This document shows positions 12,222-22,598 of a stretch of 64,000 bases of DNA, one piece after another. Made by a program: the position numbers and the translations under genes. The notes beneath the pieces are model-generated. The model was given only the letters and a program-made list of their open reading frames with translations, did not search any database and had not been told where the DNA came from. This stretch comes from Psilocybe cubensis (lineage: Eukaryota). Within the stretch, counting starts at the first letter, position 1, and the number at the start of each line of letters is the position of its first letter. Where the stretch lies: assembly GCA_017499595.2 (NCBI GenBank), contig CM039002.1, forward strand, positions 248,001-312,000, in the 5' to 3' direction.

Positions 12222-15200
12222 CTACTGGGAAAAATTGAGACTCGTGCCACTAGTAGTAAAACTACGTTCTTTCTCCATATTTTCTTCGCGAATGGTGAGT
12301 ATCATCCGGCTGCAAAGGAGGGATGGCAGGGCTAAAGAGAAACCGAGAGCGACCTCGATGTAAGGGTACTGTTCGTCACTCAACGTCAGCGAAGAAAACG
12401 GATGAAGAATCGAAATGAAACAAATTACAGGATTTTTAAAACCGATGATTATACAACTTAGATAGGTGAAACAGATACTGAACGATACGTCAGATCTCAT
12501 CAAGGTATACATCTTAAATGGTACTTACAAAATATAATAAATCATGGAGTCGCGGACAAGGACACCCATCAAACGATTTCCATGCTTAAACAGCGATCCA
12601 TGGTATTTGAACGCGCGGAAACCTTGGACCACTGCAAAAGCACAGAGAATACTCTCGAATAGGAGAATGGGAATCCAAAATGTATATGTTTTCTGCGGGA
12701 AGACCGACATGTTGCAAAATTTGCCCCATGGAATATTCGCCGCCGTTGCTTTAAAAAATTTCAGTGCAATAACAAGAGTGTCGCACAATAGATGGAGTAC
12801 CTGTTAGACCGGATGAACTTGTCGCCATAATCCATATAGAAACTCCCGATGTGATCATCGATAGCGTTACTGTGAAAGAAAGTACTTTCTTATTTAATTC
12901 ATACAAGGCGTATATTCGTATTTGCAGTATTGCTGGCAAGTCTTAGTACGCAAATTGTCACTACACGAATTGAGTAACACTGACCTTGAGTGATTACAAA
13001 AACTACAACAGCATTCCAACATTCCCATCGAAAGTAGTGCAGACCTTTTTTCATGAAATTAATTGCCATGAGAATAAACCTTCACCGTCGCTGGAGTACA
13101 AGTTGATGACTTACAACTAAATCAAGTTTAAGCCGTCAACTTGTCAATATATAACTAAAGTTAACGTACAACTAATCACCGTTAGCCAGGAAATCACATT
13201 GGTGACTGATAGAACAAGGATACTTACTGGATCAGATATTCTAGAACTAAAAAATGCTGGTCAAAACGTTTAAATGACTTCACTTCCATGACGAGCACCA
13301 ACTACTGTTCTCACCGTAATTCGATAAGCTAAGGAAATGATGTCAGCTACAACAAGCCTCTGAAACGCCGGCGATAAGCACATACATTAGGCCAGCTAGA
13401 ACATAGTAGCGATTCTGAGTGGATGAGTAAGCACTTAAATGGACTGAAGTGAAATCTATGTACGTGAAACCGTTTAACACAAGAGGTTTCAAGTAAACGA
13501 GTTCCCCGTTGTAAAGACAAACAGGAAAGAGGGAGACGACACAAGGCAGACACAGTGGACCCGGCAGGTACACGAGAGTAACGAGACGACGTGGGAGACG
13601 AGAGGCGAAACGAACGATGAGACGGAGTCGAGGTGAGCGGGAGCGAGACGGTATTAGACGCGTAAACGTACGGACTGAGAGGCACAACTCAAACTAGCGC
13701 GCTCGAGAGTGATTAAACGAAATTTGATGGGTAAATTTGTTGTTAGTGGTGTACGAGGTTGCTTGAATTTCTTCAGTAGCCAGCTAAGCTTGGAGAGCGA
13801 TGCAGGAGCAAAAGATCTGTAAAGTTCAGAGGGTATATTCCACTGGGGTCGTTCAAGGTCCCCCTTCGACTACTTATACTAGTTAACAATTACAATTTGG
13901 CGTATCTACCAGCTTTGTGAGCTCTGCAACCCGGTTGGTTGTACCTTAAATGCGATTGCGCGCGCTGTACAGAGAAGAATGTGATAGGCTGATAAGGAGG
14001 AAAGGTGAAATTTTAAGAGAAAAATGCAGCCTTGTGAAATGGACGAAAGATAACTGGGATGGAAACATAGCATAGGGGTGGTCGTGTCTGGCGTTACTTC
14101 GCTGGGCAGCCGTGATTCGAGCGCGCGTGATCGTGATTGATGCTCGGCGCCAAGGCAGAGGACTTGTGTTTTTCGAACGCAACCTCTGGTCGCCGGGATA
14201 ACCAAGGTTTGTTCATTCTTTGTTCCGTCCCTGGCACCGTACCGGTTCCTACACCTCCCGCACACTTTAAATTTGACGTCCCCGTCAAAACATCGTCCAC
14301 AAAAAAAATGGCTGCCTCCGTCACCACCATCCTGTCGCTTGTCGATGAAGGCGACCGCCCGTTTGTCATAGATCTTCTGCAGGGCATTGCCACACCCGGG
14401 GACGACTTCGAACCCCTCGACCAGCGCTATATCATACTGCCCTCCTTTCGCACTTTCGATTTCGTTGCCGGACTCATTCGGGCAGAGTACAAGGCCTGCA
14501 CGACACTGACCCGCGTCCTCGCACTCCGGCTGCTTGGTGATGGAGGCGACATAGCCGTAGCACCCGTCAAACAACTGTGCCGAGAGCTTGAAGGCTTGTA
14601 CCTGGTGGATAGGGTCGCTCAGACCTTTGGAATGGCCTGGAAAGTCGATGTTGCACATATAGCCATACTCAGTGACTGTTTCGAGCGCATTGAGATGAGT
14701 CCTCGTCGTGATGTTCAGGCTGCCGGGCGAGACTGTGTGGACCAATACATCAAGGTCCTCGACGCAAAGCAGAGACAAGACGTTCTTGGGCGGCAACACG
14801 ATTATCGAACCAGTATCATTGAGGTGCACCGTCAGTACCTTCTGATGGACCCAGGGGACGCACTTGGCCGCGCACGAGCCGCCGTTGCAGATGCTCATCG
14901 ACTTCTTGCCGCAAACACACCTGGGCAAGACAACACGAACGCAGACGCCCCAGCCGAGGACCGCCCACTCGAAGAGATGACTGAAGCCGTCCGCCAGCGC
15001 ATCCGCCTTGTCCAGATCCGCCGCCTGTACCCACCGGCCTATCACGAAGTGCTCCACAACCACGCCGAGGGCGAAGTATTTTCCCGCCGCTTGTACCATG
15101 CGCCGCCCATCGACGAAGCTGCGCTTGCAGCCGAGGAAGAGGAGGAAAGAGCAGCACGCGAGGCGATGAACGAGGAGTGAAAGGGATAGGTTGAAAGCGG

Positions 15201-18200
15201 TAGATTCGAAATTTATAGTTGACAGATGAATGATTTGAAGAAACAAAGATGGCATGAAGAAAGAAAATTGTTGGTAAAACAGAATTAGAAGTATTAATGG
15301 AGTGTCAGAGCCAGTGAAACCCGAAACCAAAGTTGAACCAGATATTTCGCATGTTTGGCCATAGAGTCATTCGCCGGGGTTGGTATCGTGTTCCAAGGCG
15401 GCGACCTCATCCTCCGTCATCCCTACCAATTTGGTTACTGGTACTGCATGTAGATTCCGCGGATAGTAAGGAAAAAGGCGTGCTGTGCCATAGCGTAACT
15501 TTGAAATGGCTCCACTCAATTCTGCCAGTATGTAAGAACCGCCTGTTGTGCGGCGTACCACCACCATGGGCCCGAGATATCGAGGCTTTGTTTTGCTGCC
15601 GAGATCCTTATCTGCGGCCGCGTTTCGAACCAGAACAAGAGAGCCAGGCTGGAAGTTGAAATCGATGGTGTTGTTGCGATGTGCTGCTTCCTTTTGCTCA
15701 ATAGCCTTCCATCTTGATAGCACAACCCGCTCTTTCACCGCTTCCAGATCTTCTTCTCTTTTCTGCAACATTCGCGCCCGTTGTGACAACAGCTCCTCGT
15801 CAGACAGTGTTCGGCTACTATCCCAAGGACAAAGGTAAGTGGCTTCCGACAGATCAAATGGGAGTAACGGCTCTACTCCATGTGCAAGGTAGAAGGGACA
15901 GAAGCCTGTACTTTTCTGTATAGTGACCCGTTCGGCCCAGAAAACAGATGGGGCCACGTCAGGCCAGCGAGATTCGTCTCCGCCCGCGGCTTTAATCAAT
16001 GCTTCCCTGACATCGAAGTGACGGCGCTCCACAGGCCCTTGTGCTCGAGAATTGTATGGTGAAATCCGAATGTGATGGATCCCATACTTTTCCGCTAACC
16101 AACGTACTGCGGCGATGTATTGAGGCGCGTTGTCTGTCACCAGCTCCTCAACAGCTCCCCACCGACACAAAATTGTCAAAAAGATGAAGTTACCCAGCTG
16201 CTCCGCTGTTTCGTGCTTTAGCTTTGCCCATTCCGGGAACGATGTCAAGGAACAGCGGGCATGTGCAATATAGCGATACCCTGCAACCTTTGGCATCAGC
16301 ATGGTGTCAATGAAAACCTTTCGAAATAAGCCGCGGGGTGTCGACACAGTGGGCGGAATCTGTATCTTTCGCATTTGACGTATCTGACACTCATGGCAGG
16401 TCTTGATGTACCATTTCACGTCCTCATCGAGTAAGGGCCACCAGAAACGCTCCAGAAGCCTCAACCGCACCGAAAAAACGCCTTTATGTCCAAGATCATC
16501 GTGAGCCATCCTGATCAGTGAGAGTCGCTTTTCAAAGGGTATGACCACCTTGTGCCGACCATTCTTGTCCTTCCGCCACAGAGTCCCGTTGCTGACGAAG
16601 AACTCAGAAGCCTGCCGCACGAATCTTGTATATTGTTGCTCAGTCCACCCATCTTTCCTTCCAACCAGGGGGTTCTCCAAAAACTGCTGGATCTCCGCGA
16701 GCAGCAAGTCGCGCTGCACACCCCTTTCGGACCGTGGTAGGAGCTTGGCATCAACTGATATGCCGACTTGGAATGTATCTGCCGTCGGGTACGTATTTCC
16801 TTAGCTTCTTGGCACAGAACTTAGTGGTATTTCTCCTAATTGTTGAACCGTTCTAGCTGCCATCGCCTCCTGTCCCGGTGTATGCTCCCAGTTCAATACT
16901 TCTACGGCAAACCCATTAGCCGCGTCGATCCATTCATCGGCCTCCTCTCCGCTTTCCTCCTGTTCGCCCACTCCTCTCGCTCTTCTTGACAACCCATCCG
17001 CAGCGGTATGATCCTTCCCTGGAACATGACGGAGTTCAAAGGAAAAGAGTAAGATTCCCGCCAACCATCGGTTTGCAGCAGCATTTGGAACAATGTCGGG
17101 ATTATTCATCATCCCCTTGATGTATTTAGCATCGACTTCGACGACCAAATTTTTTACCCCAACGATGTAGAGCCGGACATCTTTCAGCGCTCTAAAAAGT
17201 CCATACAGCTCTAGCTTGGCTTGTGAGTATCGCTGTTCACGCTCGTTCCACGTAATTGACCCGAATCTTGAAGGATACCTCTTTCCGTCATCGCCAACCT
17301 GGGACAGTACATATCCCACCGCCATCCATGAGCTGTCAACTGCGAGAACAACCTCGTTGTCGGATGTGTAATCAATTCCACGGATTGCCGGGCATGTTTC
17401 AGCGAGGTGTTTAAGCGTGTTCATCGCTGCAAGTTGTTCTTCCCCGAACGCAAACTCAGTGTCCTTCTTGGTGAGTTCAACGAGAGGTTTAGCATGCTTT
17501 GCATAGTCCCTTATAAACATTCTAATTGTCCCCATAGTGCCCAGAAACCCTCGTACGTCAGTAACCGTTTTGCAAATCGGCCAGTCCGTGATCTTCTGTA
17601 CTCGCGAGTGGAGCGGTATGCGTCCCTCATAGTTGCAGACGTGTCCCACAATCACAGCCTGTTCCGAGCAAAGGTTAGATTTCGGTCCAGAAAATGTTCC
17701 TCCCGCTTTTCTGATGCGATGGATTACGCGGTTCACGTTTTCCAGATGTTCCCACACAAAGCGACGTATTCCTGGGTTCTCTGGTAGCACTTCAAATGTT
17801 CCGTCGGCCAGCTCGTATCGTGTCTTTGGTCCTTTAACAGGAATGTCATCTATAAAGGGTTGTGTGACATGCGGTATTTCGTCTTGTAGGAGGAATGTTG
17901 TATCGCCATGTTGAATTTGCATAGAGTTTGTATAGCCCATAGGAATCGACGTTAGGCGCAAGGTTCCAAGAGGCGTTTGGAAGGTTGTGAGATCCCTAGA
18001 CTGTACCGCAAGCTCTCGCTGATCAAACCCCACAAATAGGTCAAACATCCCATAGCATGCACGTCCTCCGAATGACTCTGCATAAGGTTCTACACTGGGG
18101 GGAAGGGCGCTGTCTTTGATGCTAACCTGATTCAATGGCTGAAGATCGTGGACAATACGAAGCGACTTTCCGTCCTTCTTCACCACGGTGAACCATCGTG

Positions 18201-21200
18201 ATCTGTACGAGGAATTGGACGGCTCGTAAATCCCCGAAGCGATTTTCTGCTTTATGATATCGATGACCTGGTTGTAGTTCCCTCTTGGGATGGGAATGTT
18301 GCGCAATACCCACGGTACGTGCTCGATTGTGGGTATAACCACGGGTTCGAAATAACTTGACTTGAACTTCCCCTTTTCCGACTCCTCCCATGCAAAGCCA
18401 TCTTCATGCGTTTTGATCATGTGGTGGACGAGTTTTTCCTCCTCAGGCCATAGAAACCCATCGTCATTTACCATCATCCCGTCTTTTCTTTCCTGCGTAT
18501 ATCGGATTCCGGGAGAGAATTCGGGTGGATGTGTCGGAAGTCTAGGTAAATCTTCCAGCGGGTTACTGGGTATTTGGCGTACGATCCTAAAATCTTCAGG
18601 AAGTGTGGTGGCCACAGGTTTAACCCTGTTTTCAACCTTCTTGTACGCCAGGACTTCCACGTTGCTTGGTGAGAAAAAGGGTTGCCCAGACCAATATTCG
18701 TCATCGTCGTCGTCATCGTCCTGATCGTCATCCTCGTCTTCGGAATCCGACAAATCTTGTAGTCCTGGCATTTCCTCGTCTTCATCCCTTGCTATGCCAC
18801 AGGCTTCATTGTTGATTCCAAAACTTGACTCGTCACTATCCCATCCTTCCCCATCCTCACTTGGTCTGCACTCATTGGAAGTCTCTTCCTCGTCCTCGCT
18901 ATCCGAAACCTCTTCTAATTCCGGCATGTCGTCGTCCGTGTCTTCGTCAACCTCGACCAAATCTTTATGGGTTTCTTCCCAACTCTCCACGCCTAGAAAC
19001 CCTGCAAACACCACATTCGCTCCGCCGTTCTTCGTTTTTTGTGGTCTGGTAGGGACGGTGATTACGGCGCTTGTATTAGGATCTACCAATGTCACATGCG
19101 AGTCGCCGTTAGAAAAATGTTGCACACTCGCTTGGGTGAGCGTGAGGAATGGACGCCCAAGAAGCATGTCGTACGGTGCCTTGTCCACCACCTGTACCTG
19201 CAAATAAAAGATATAGCCGCCTATCGTCATTCTGAGATCATGAAGTAGTCCGACAGTGATCGAGCTTGAAGAATTTGCCGAAACCATGCTCATTTGATGA
19301 TCAGAGCGGATGGGTAAGCCCAGCTCCTCCCATAACTCCTTCCTAAGAGCAACAATTTGGCATCCATCGTCCATGAGTGCTTCGACCGACTTCTTCCCTT
19401 CAAGCAACACATCAATAGCCCTCAAATCTTCTATGTGTTTGGCTACCACCAGCCCTTCTCTTCTTGGAGGAAGCCTCGAGTCGTCCATCGCAAAGCGCAG
19501 ATTGGATATCGTTGGCGTTTCCACTGCTACGTTGAACGCAGAGGTGGAGGATGTGGAGATTTTCTTCGTTTGGATGAGCTCCTTTATCTGTTTTCGTACA
19601 TCTGGCGCTACTGCTAACAGTTCTCGTGTAGTCAATGTGACAGATGAACCCAGCGTCCGTTGAACCACGGCATCTAGCAGCTTGGAGTCTTCAATGGGTG
19701 TTACGAATTTGTACTGGGGTACTGCGCTGGGGCTCGAGGTGCTCGCTGGGGCTGTTGAGCCTCCGGTTTGTGGTGCGGCCAGCCCCTGCGCTTCCCCCAA
19801 TCTTGCCCGACTTCTCGTTGTTGGTCCAGCAGAGGCACCTGTCCCCATCCTTCGTCGTGAATCATCGATCCTCCTTTGTGTTGTCAAAACCAATGTCTCC
19901 ATCATTTCTAGATCTTCAATTTCGCGTTGCGTAGGTCCTGGAAAGGCGGTATCTGCTTCGTCGGTTATCTCCTCCACTCGTGTAGTTGCTGATAATGGCT
20001 CTACTTGCACCACGTTAGCTGACACAGATGGGAGTGATGTGTTAACTGCCCTCCAGTTGTCGATCTTTTCTTTCAGGTTGCGACCCAAGGCTGTTCTTCC
20101 AGTGACACGATTCCCATCTGGTAACGAGACCTGAAAGGTGGGCGGTTCCCGTTTGCACCACCCTTTTGATATGTACTCAATGAGGTGCGGGCAGCTGTGC
20201 ATGTAGTGCCCGGGATCTGAACAAAAGGTACAGTCATTATTGCGCTGCGCGACTGGTCCTTGGTTCATTCGTGTTGTCGGCGGGACTTCTTGGTTAGGCT
20301 GTATGCTTGGCTGTCGTGTATTGAGACTTTGCATGATGAGCGCGACTGCTTCTACCAGATTGACGTTCGACATGCTTTGTGCAATTGACGAGATGTCGAA
20401 GACCTCTTGCTTTACTCGAGTTTGTTCCGTCCCTTTTTCTTCAGCTTCTTTGTTTGCTGTGGATGCCGCTGTTGAAGTGTGTCTGGAAAGGACAAAGACC
20501 GCGGCCTCTGAGATCTCATTTAACGTCCATGGATCGTCCGGGTGATGCTGGGGATTCTGAAGTCGCAGCTGTTCGCGCACTTCTCGCCTAAACTCCAATG
20601 GGAATCCCTGCACAAACATATTACTGATTTCTCTGTCAACAAGACGCTGTTTAGCTTTGAGGAACATAGAAATCTTGAGGAAAGCGCGGTAATATTCCCC
20701 AAATTGATTTTGTGTCTTCATAGGGGTAGACGCCTGTTCTTCAACCAGGTTCTGTAAATCGTTTATCGAGTATTTTCGGTCTCCTGTTGCTCCGGGGTAA
20801 AGTGCGACAATTTGCTGCTTAAACGCGGTCCAGCTTGTTCCGGAAGCTGCTGGCTGCAATGCCCACAGGTCATAGTCCTCGGCTGGCGCATATCGCAAGG
20901 TGTGTTCGATAATATCTTTTTCCGAGAGTGAATTAATGGTTCCTAGGGTATGGACCTCGTCTAGGAATCTGATGAGCGACGCTGCGGTCCTATCAAACTT
21001 TGGAGCCGAGTGATGACTTCTCCCTGGCATGTTCGACATGATTGGCGGTCGTGTGTTATTAGGGTAATGGGGTGTTGTATTCCAGTCGACGATGGGGATG
21101 AAACGCGGCGGGGGAGGCGAGTTTGAGTCGTATTGGGAGTCTGACTCAGAAGAAGACGGGGTATCAGATGTGAGCGAGAAATAATCTGCAGCAGAGATAT

Positions 21201-22598
21201 CGGCAGAGAAATCCAGTGGTGGTATTTCAGCGGAGACGATAGGCGACGCGAAGCGAACTTTCTTTCTAGACAGACGATATGGGTGATAACGTCGACCAGA
21301 GCGAAGTGTACCAGTGTTGTGTTCCAAAGTGTAATCCTAATGAAACCCCTCCCTCGCGGTGGGCTCCAGTTGAAGTGAAATCTATGTACGTGAAACCGTT
21401 TAACACAAGAGGTTTCAAGTAAACGAGTTACCCGTTGTAAAGACAAACAGGAAAGAGGGAGACGACACAAGGCAGACACAGTGGACCCGGCAGGTACACG
21501 AGAGTAACGAGACGACGTGGGAGACGAGAGGCGAAACGAACGATGAGACGGAGTCGAGGTGAGCGGGAGCGAGACGGTATTAGACGCGTAAACGTACGGA
21601 CTGAGAGGCACAACTCAAACTAGCGCGCTCGAGAGTGATTAAACGAAATTTGATGGGTAAATTTGTTGTTAGTGGTGTACGAGGTTGCTTGAATTTCTTC
21701 AGTAGCCAGCTAAGCTTGGAGAGCGATGCAGGAGCAAAAGATCTGTAAAGTTCAGAGGGTATATTCCACTGGGGTCGTTCAAGGTCCCCCTTCGACTACT
21801 TATACTAGTTAACAATTACAATTTGGCGTATCTACCAGCTTTGTGAGCTCTGCAACCCGGTTGGTTGTACCTTAAATGCGATTGCGCGCGCTGTACAGAG
21901 AAGAATGTGATAGGCTGATAAGGAGGAAAGGTGAAATTTTAAGAGAAAAATGCAGCCTTGTGAAATGGACGAAAGATAACTGGGATGGAAACATAGCATA
22001 GGGGTGGTCGTGTCTGGCGTTACTTCGCTGGGCAGCCGTGATTCGAGCGCGCGTGATCGTGATTGATGCTCGGCGCCAAGGCAGAGGACTTGTGTTTTTC
22101 GAACGCAACCTCTGGTCGCCGGGATAACCAAGGTTTGTTCATTCTTTGTTCCGTCCCTGGCACCGTACCGGTTCCTACAGGACCGCAGGATGTGATTAAA
22201 CATACAATCAAGAATAATATCTTGACCGACGTCCATCTAGATCTCTACACAAAGGCACATCAAAAAGAGTCGAATAGTTTTCAGAAATAACTCACCCAAA
22301 TCATGTCGATCTAAGCCAAGAAAGGGGTGAATTGCTGTCAGGAGAAAAGTCTCGATCCGTACCTCTGAATCGATAGTAACCACTACACGCTAGTTAAGCT
22401 TAATCTGCGTATAACTTCACAGAGACCGTACCGTGGTCAAATAGCAGAACCGCAAGGCATGCCACTGGGATGAGTAAGCACGTTAAGCACGTTAAGCAGC
22501 ACATTATCGCGCGACGCACATCGAGAATACCGTAAGATTTGAATGTTCCGCAGGCTTTCAACTACGGCAGATCCCCCGTCACGCCCAAGCACCTCCAT
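12222..22598 (-). CDS. DUF6533-like multi-pass membrane protein; one intron contains the LTR retrotransposon
   Basis: Exons right of the element: MEVLGRDGGSAVVESLRNIQILRYSR, ACLAVLLFDH, VTIDSE, IDMIW, RSRWTSVKILFLI. Exons left of it: NRYYVLAGL, LQIRIYALYELNKKVL, LVRDSMIYY, LLCSRMILTIRE. Confidence 0.75.
13445..14253 (-). repeat. 3' LTR
   Basis: Direct repeat of 21371-22179; one mismatch seen (13504 C vs 21430 A); preceded on the minus strand by purine tract GGGAGG. Confidence 0.95.
14308..15180 (+). CDS. Unknown ~290-aa protein encoded antisense inside the retrotransposon, between pol and the 3' LTR
   Basis: Intronless ORF MAASVTTILSLVDEGDRPF...AAREAMNEE; ATG follows an A-run; GC-rich, protein-like helical composition. 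The open frame extends upstream to 14137 into the LTR. Confidence 0.65.
   Translation: MAASVTTILSLVDEGDRPFVIDLLQGIATPGDDFEPLDQRYIILPSFRTFDFVAGLIRAEYKACTTLTRVLALRLLGDGGDIAVAPVKQLCRELEGLYLVDRVAQTFGMAWKVDVAHIAILSDCFERIEMSPRRDVQAAGRDCVDQYIKVLDAKQRQDVLGRQHDYRTSIIEVHRQYLLMDPGDALGRARAAVADAHRLLAANTPGQDNTNADAPAEDRPLEEMTEAVRQRIRLVQIRRLYPPAYHEVLHNHAEGEVFSRRLYHAPPIDEAALAAEEEEERAAREAMNEE
15367..16800 (-). CDS. Integrase, in frame with the upstream polyprotein but behind a TAA stop
   Basis: Zn-binding AHDDLGH...CHEC; catalytic core FIDTM / VTDNA / PVERRH; GP(M) module KPRYLGPM; no chromodomain seen. Confidence 0.9.
   Translation of the reverse strand, partial: GNTYPTADTFQVGISVDAKLLPRSERGVQRDLLLAEIQQFLENPLVGRKDGWTEQQYTRFVRQASEFFVSNGTLWRKDKNGRHKVVIPFEKRLSLIRMAHDDLGHKGVFSVRLRLLERFWWPLLDEDVKWYIKTCHECQIRQMRKIQIPPTVSTPRGLFRKVFIDTMLMPKVAGYRYIAHARCSLTSFPEWAKLKHETAEQLGNFIFLTILCRWGAVEELVTDNAPQYIAAVRWLAEKYGIHHIRISPYNSRAQGPVERRHFDVREALIKAAGGDESRWPDVAPSVFWAERVTIQKSTGFCPFYLAHGVEPLLPFDLSEATYLCPWDSSRTLSDEELLSQRARMLQKREEDLEAVKERVVLSRWKAIEQKEAAHRNNTIDFNFQPGSLVLVRNAAADKDLGSKTKPRYLGPMVVVRRTTGGSYILAELSGAISKLRYGTARLFPYYPRNLHAVPVTKLVGMTEDEVAALEHDTNPGE
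16801..21327 (-). CDS. gag-pol: Gag-protease-reverse transcriptase-RNase H polyprotein (first ATG at 21039)
   Basis: CCHC knuckle CTFCSDPGHYMHSC; aspartic protease ALMDDGCQIV...DMLLGRPF; RT motifs LRIVHDLQPLN, PMGYTNS, PFIDD; RNase H motifs LAVDSS, YSQAKLELYG, AADGLSR. Confidence 0.95.
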   Translation of the reverse strand: MEHNTGTLRSGRRYHPYRLSRKKVRFASPIVSAEIPPLDFSADISAADYFSLTSDTPSSSESDSQYDSNSPPPPRFIPIVDWNTTPHYPNNTRPPIMSNMPGRSHHSAPKFDRTAASLIRFLDEVHTLGTINSLSEKDIIEHTLRYAPAEDYDLWALQPAASGTSWTAFKQQIVALYPGATGDRKYSINDLQNLVEEQASTPMKTQNQFGEYYRAFLKISMFLKAKQRLVDREISNMFVQGFPLEFRREVREQLRLQNPQHHPDDPWTLNEISEAAVFVLSRHTSTAASTANKEAEEKGTEQTRVKQEVFDISSIAQSMSNVNLVEAVALIMQSLNTRQPSIQPNQEVPPTTRMNQGPVAQRNNDCTFCSDPGHYMHSCPHLIEYISKGWCKREPPTFQVSLPDGNRVTGRTALGRNLKEKIDNWRAVNTSLPSVSANVVQVEPLSATTRVEEITDEADTAFPGPTQREIEDLEMMETLVLTTQRRIDDSRRRMGTGASAGPTTRSRARLGEAQGLAAPQTGGSTAPASTSSPSAVPQYKFVTPIEDSKLLDAVVQRTLGSSVTLTTRELLAVAPDVRKQIKELIQTKKISTSSTSAFNVAVETPTISNLRFAMDDSRLPPRREGLVVAKHIEDLRAIDVLLEGKKSVEALMDDGCQIVALRKELWEELGLPIRSDHQMSMVSANSSSSITVGLLHDLRMTIGGYIFYLQVQVVDKAPYDMLLGRPFLTLTQASVQHFSNGDSHVTLVDPNTSAVITVPTRPQKTKNGGANVVFAGFLGVESWEETHKDLVEVDEDTDDDMPELEEVSDSEDEEETSNECRPSEDGEGWDSDESSFGINNEACGIARDEDEEMPGLQDLSDSEDEDDDQDDDDDDDEYWSGQPFFSPSNVEVLAYKKVENRVKPVATTLPEDFRIVRQIPSNPLEDLPRLPTHPPEFSPGIRYTQERKDGMMVNDDGFLWPEEEKLVHHMIKTHEDGFAWEESEKGKFKSSYFEPVVIPTIEHVPWVLRNIPIPRGNYNQVIDIIKQKIASGIYEPSNSSYRSRWFTVVKKDGKSLRIVHDLQPLNQVSIKDSALPPSVEPYAESFGGRACYGMFDLFVGFDQRELAVQSRDLTTFQTPLGTLRLTSIPMGYTNSMQIQHGDTTFLLQDEIPHVTQPFIDDIPVKGPKTRYELADGTFEVLPENPGIRRFVWEHLENVNRVIHRIRKAGGTFSGPKSNLCSEQAVIVGHVCNYEGRIPLHSRVQKITDWPICKTVTDVRGFLGTMGTIRMFIRDYAKHAKPLVELTKKDTEFAFGEEQLAAMNTLKHLAETCPAIRGIDYTSDNEVVLAVDSSWMAVGYVLSQVGDDGKRYPSRFGSITWNEREQRYSQAKLELYGLFRALKDVRLYIVGVKNLVVEVDAKYIKGMMNNPDIVPNAAANRWLAGILLFSFELRHVPGKDHTAADGLSRRARGVGEQEESGEEADEWIDAANGFAVEVLNWEHTPGQEAMAARTVQQLGEIPLSSVPRS
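21351..21368 (-). promoter_or_regulatory. Primer-binding site, possibly for tRNA-Thr
   Basis: TGGAGCCCACCGCGAGGG starts 2 nt after the 5' LTR and is complementary to a tRNA 3' end ...CUCGCGGUGGGCU-CCA. tRNA identity is inferred. Confidence 0.6.
21371..22179 (-). repeat. 5' LTR
   Basis: Direct repeat of 13445-14253; begins TGTAGGAACC and ends TTCA on the minus strand. Confidence 0.95.

Larger units (their letters stand above)
13445..22179 (-). mobile_element. Full-length Ty3/Gypsy (Metaviridae) LTR retrotransposon, 8735 bp
   Basis: Two 809-bp LTRs with TG...CA ends; 4-bp TSD GGAC (13441-13444 and 22180-22183); PBS; short PPT; domain order gag-PR-RT-RNaseH-IN. Confidence 0.97.

Noticed and set aside
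13906-15330. 474-aa minus-strand ORF in the env position of the retrotransposon
   Set aside because: Non-ATG start, runs deep into the LTR, and reads like the antisense shadow of the GC-rich plus-strand ORF; no envelope features. Not fully excluded.
17407-20757. Numerous plus-strand ORFs within gag-pol
   Set aside because: Antisense shadows of the polyprotein.
22475-22499. TAAGCACGT short tandem repeat
   Set aside because: Trivial 9-bp slippage duplication inside an intron.
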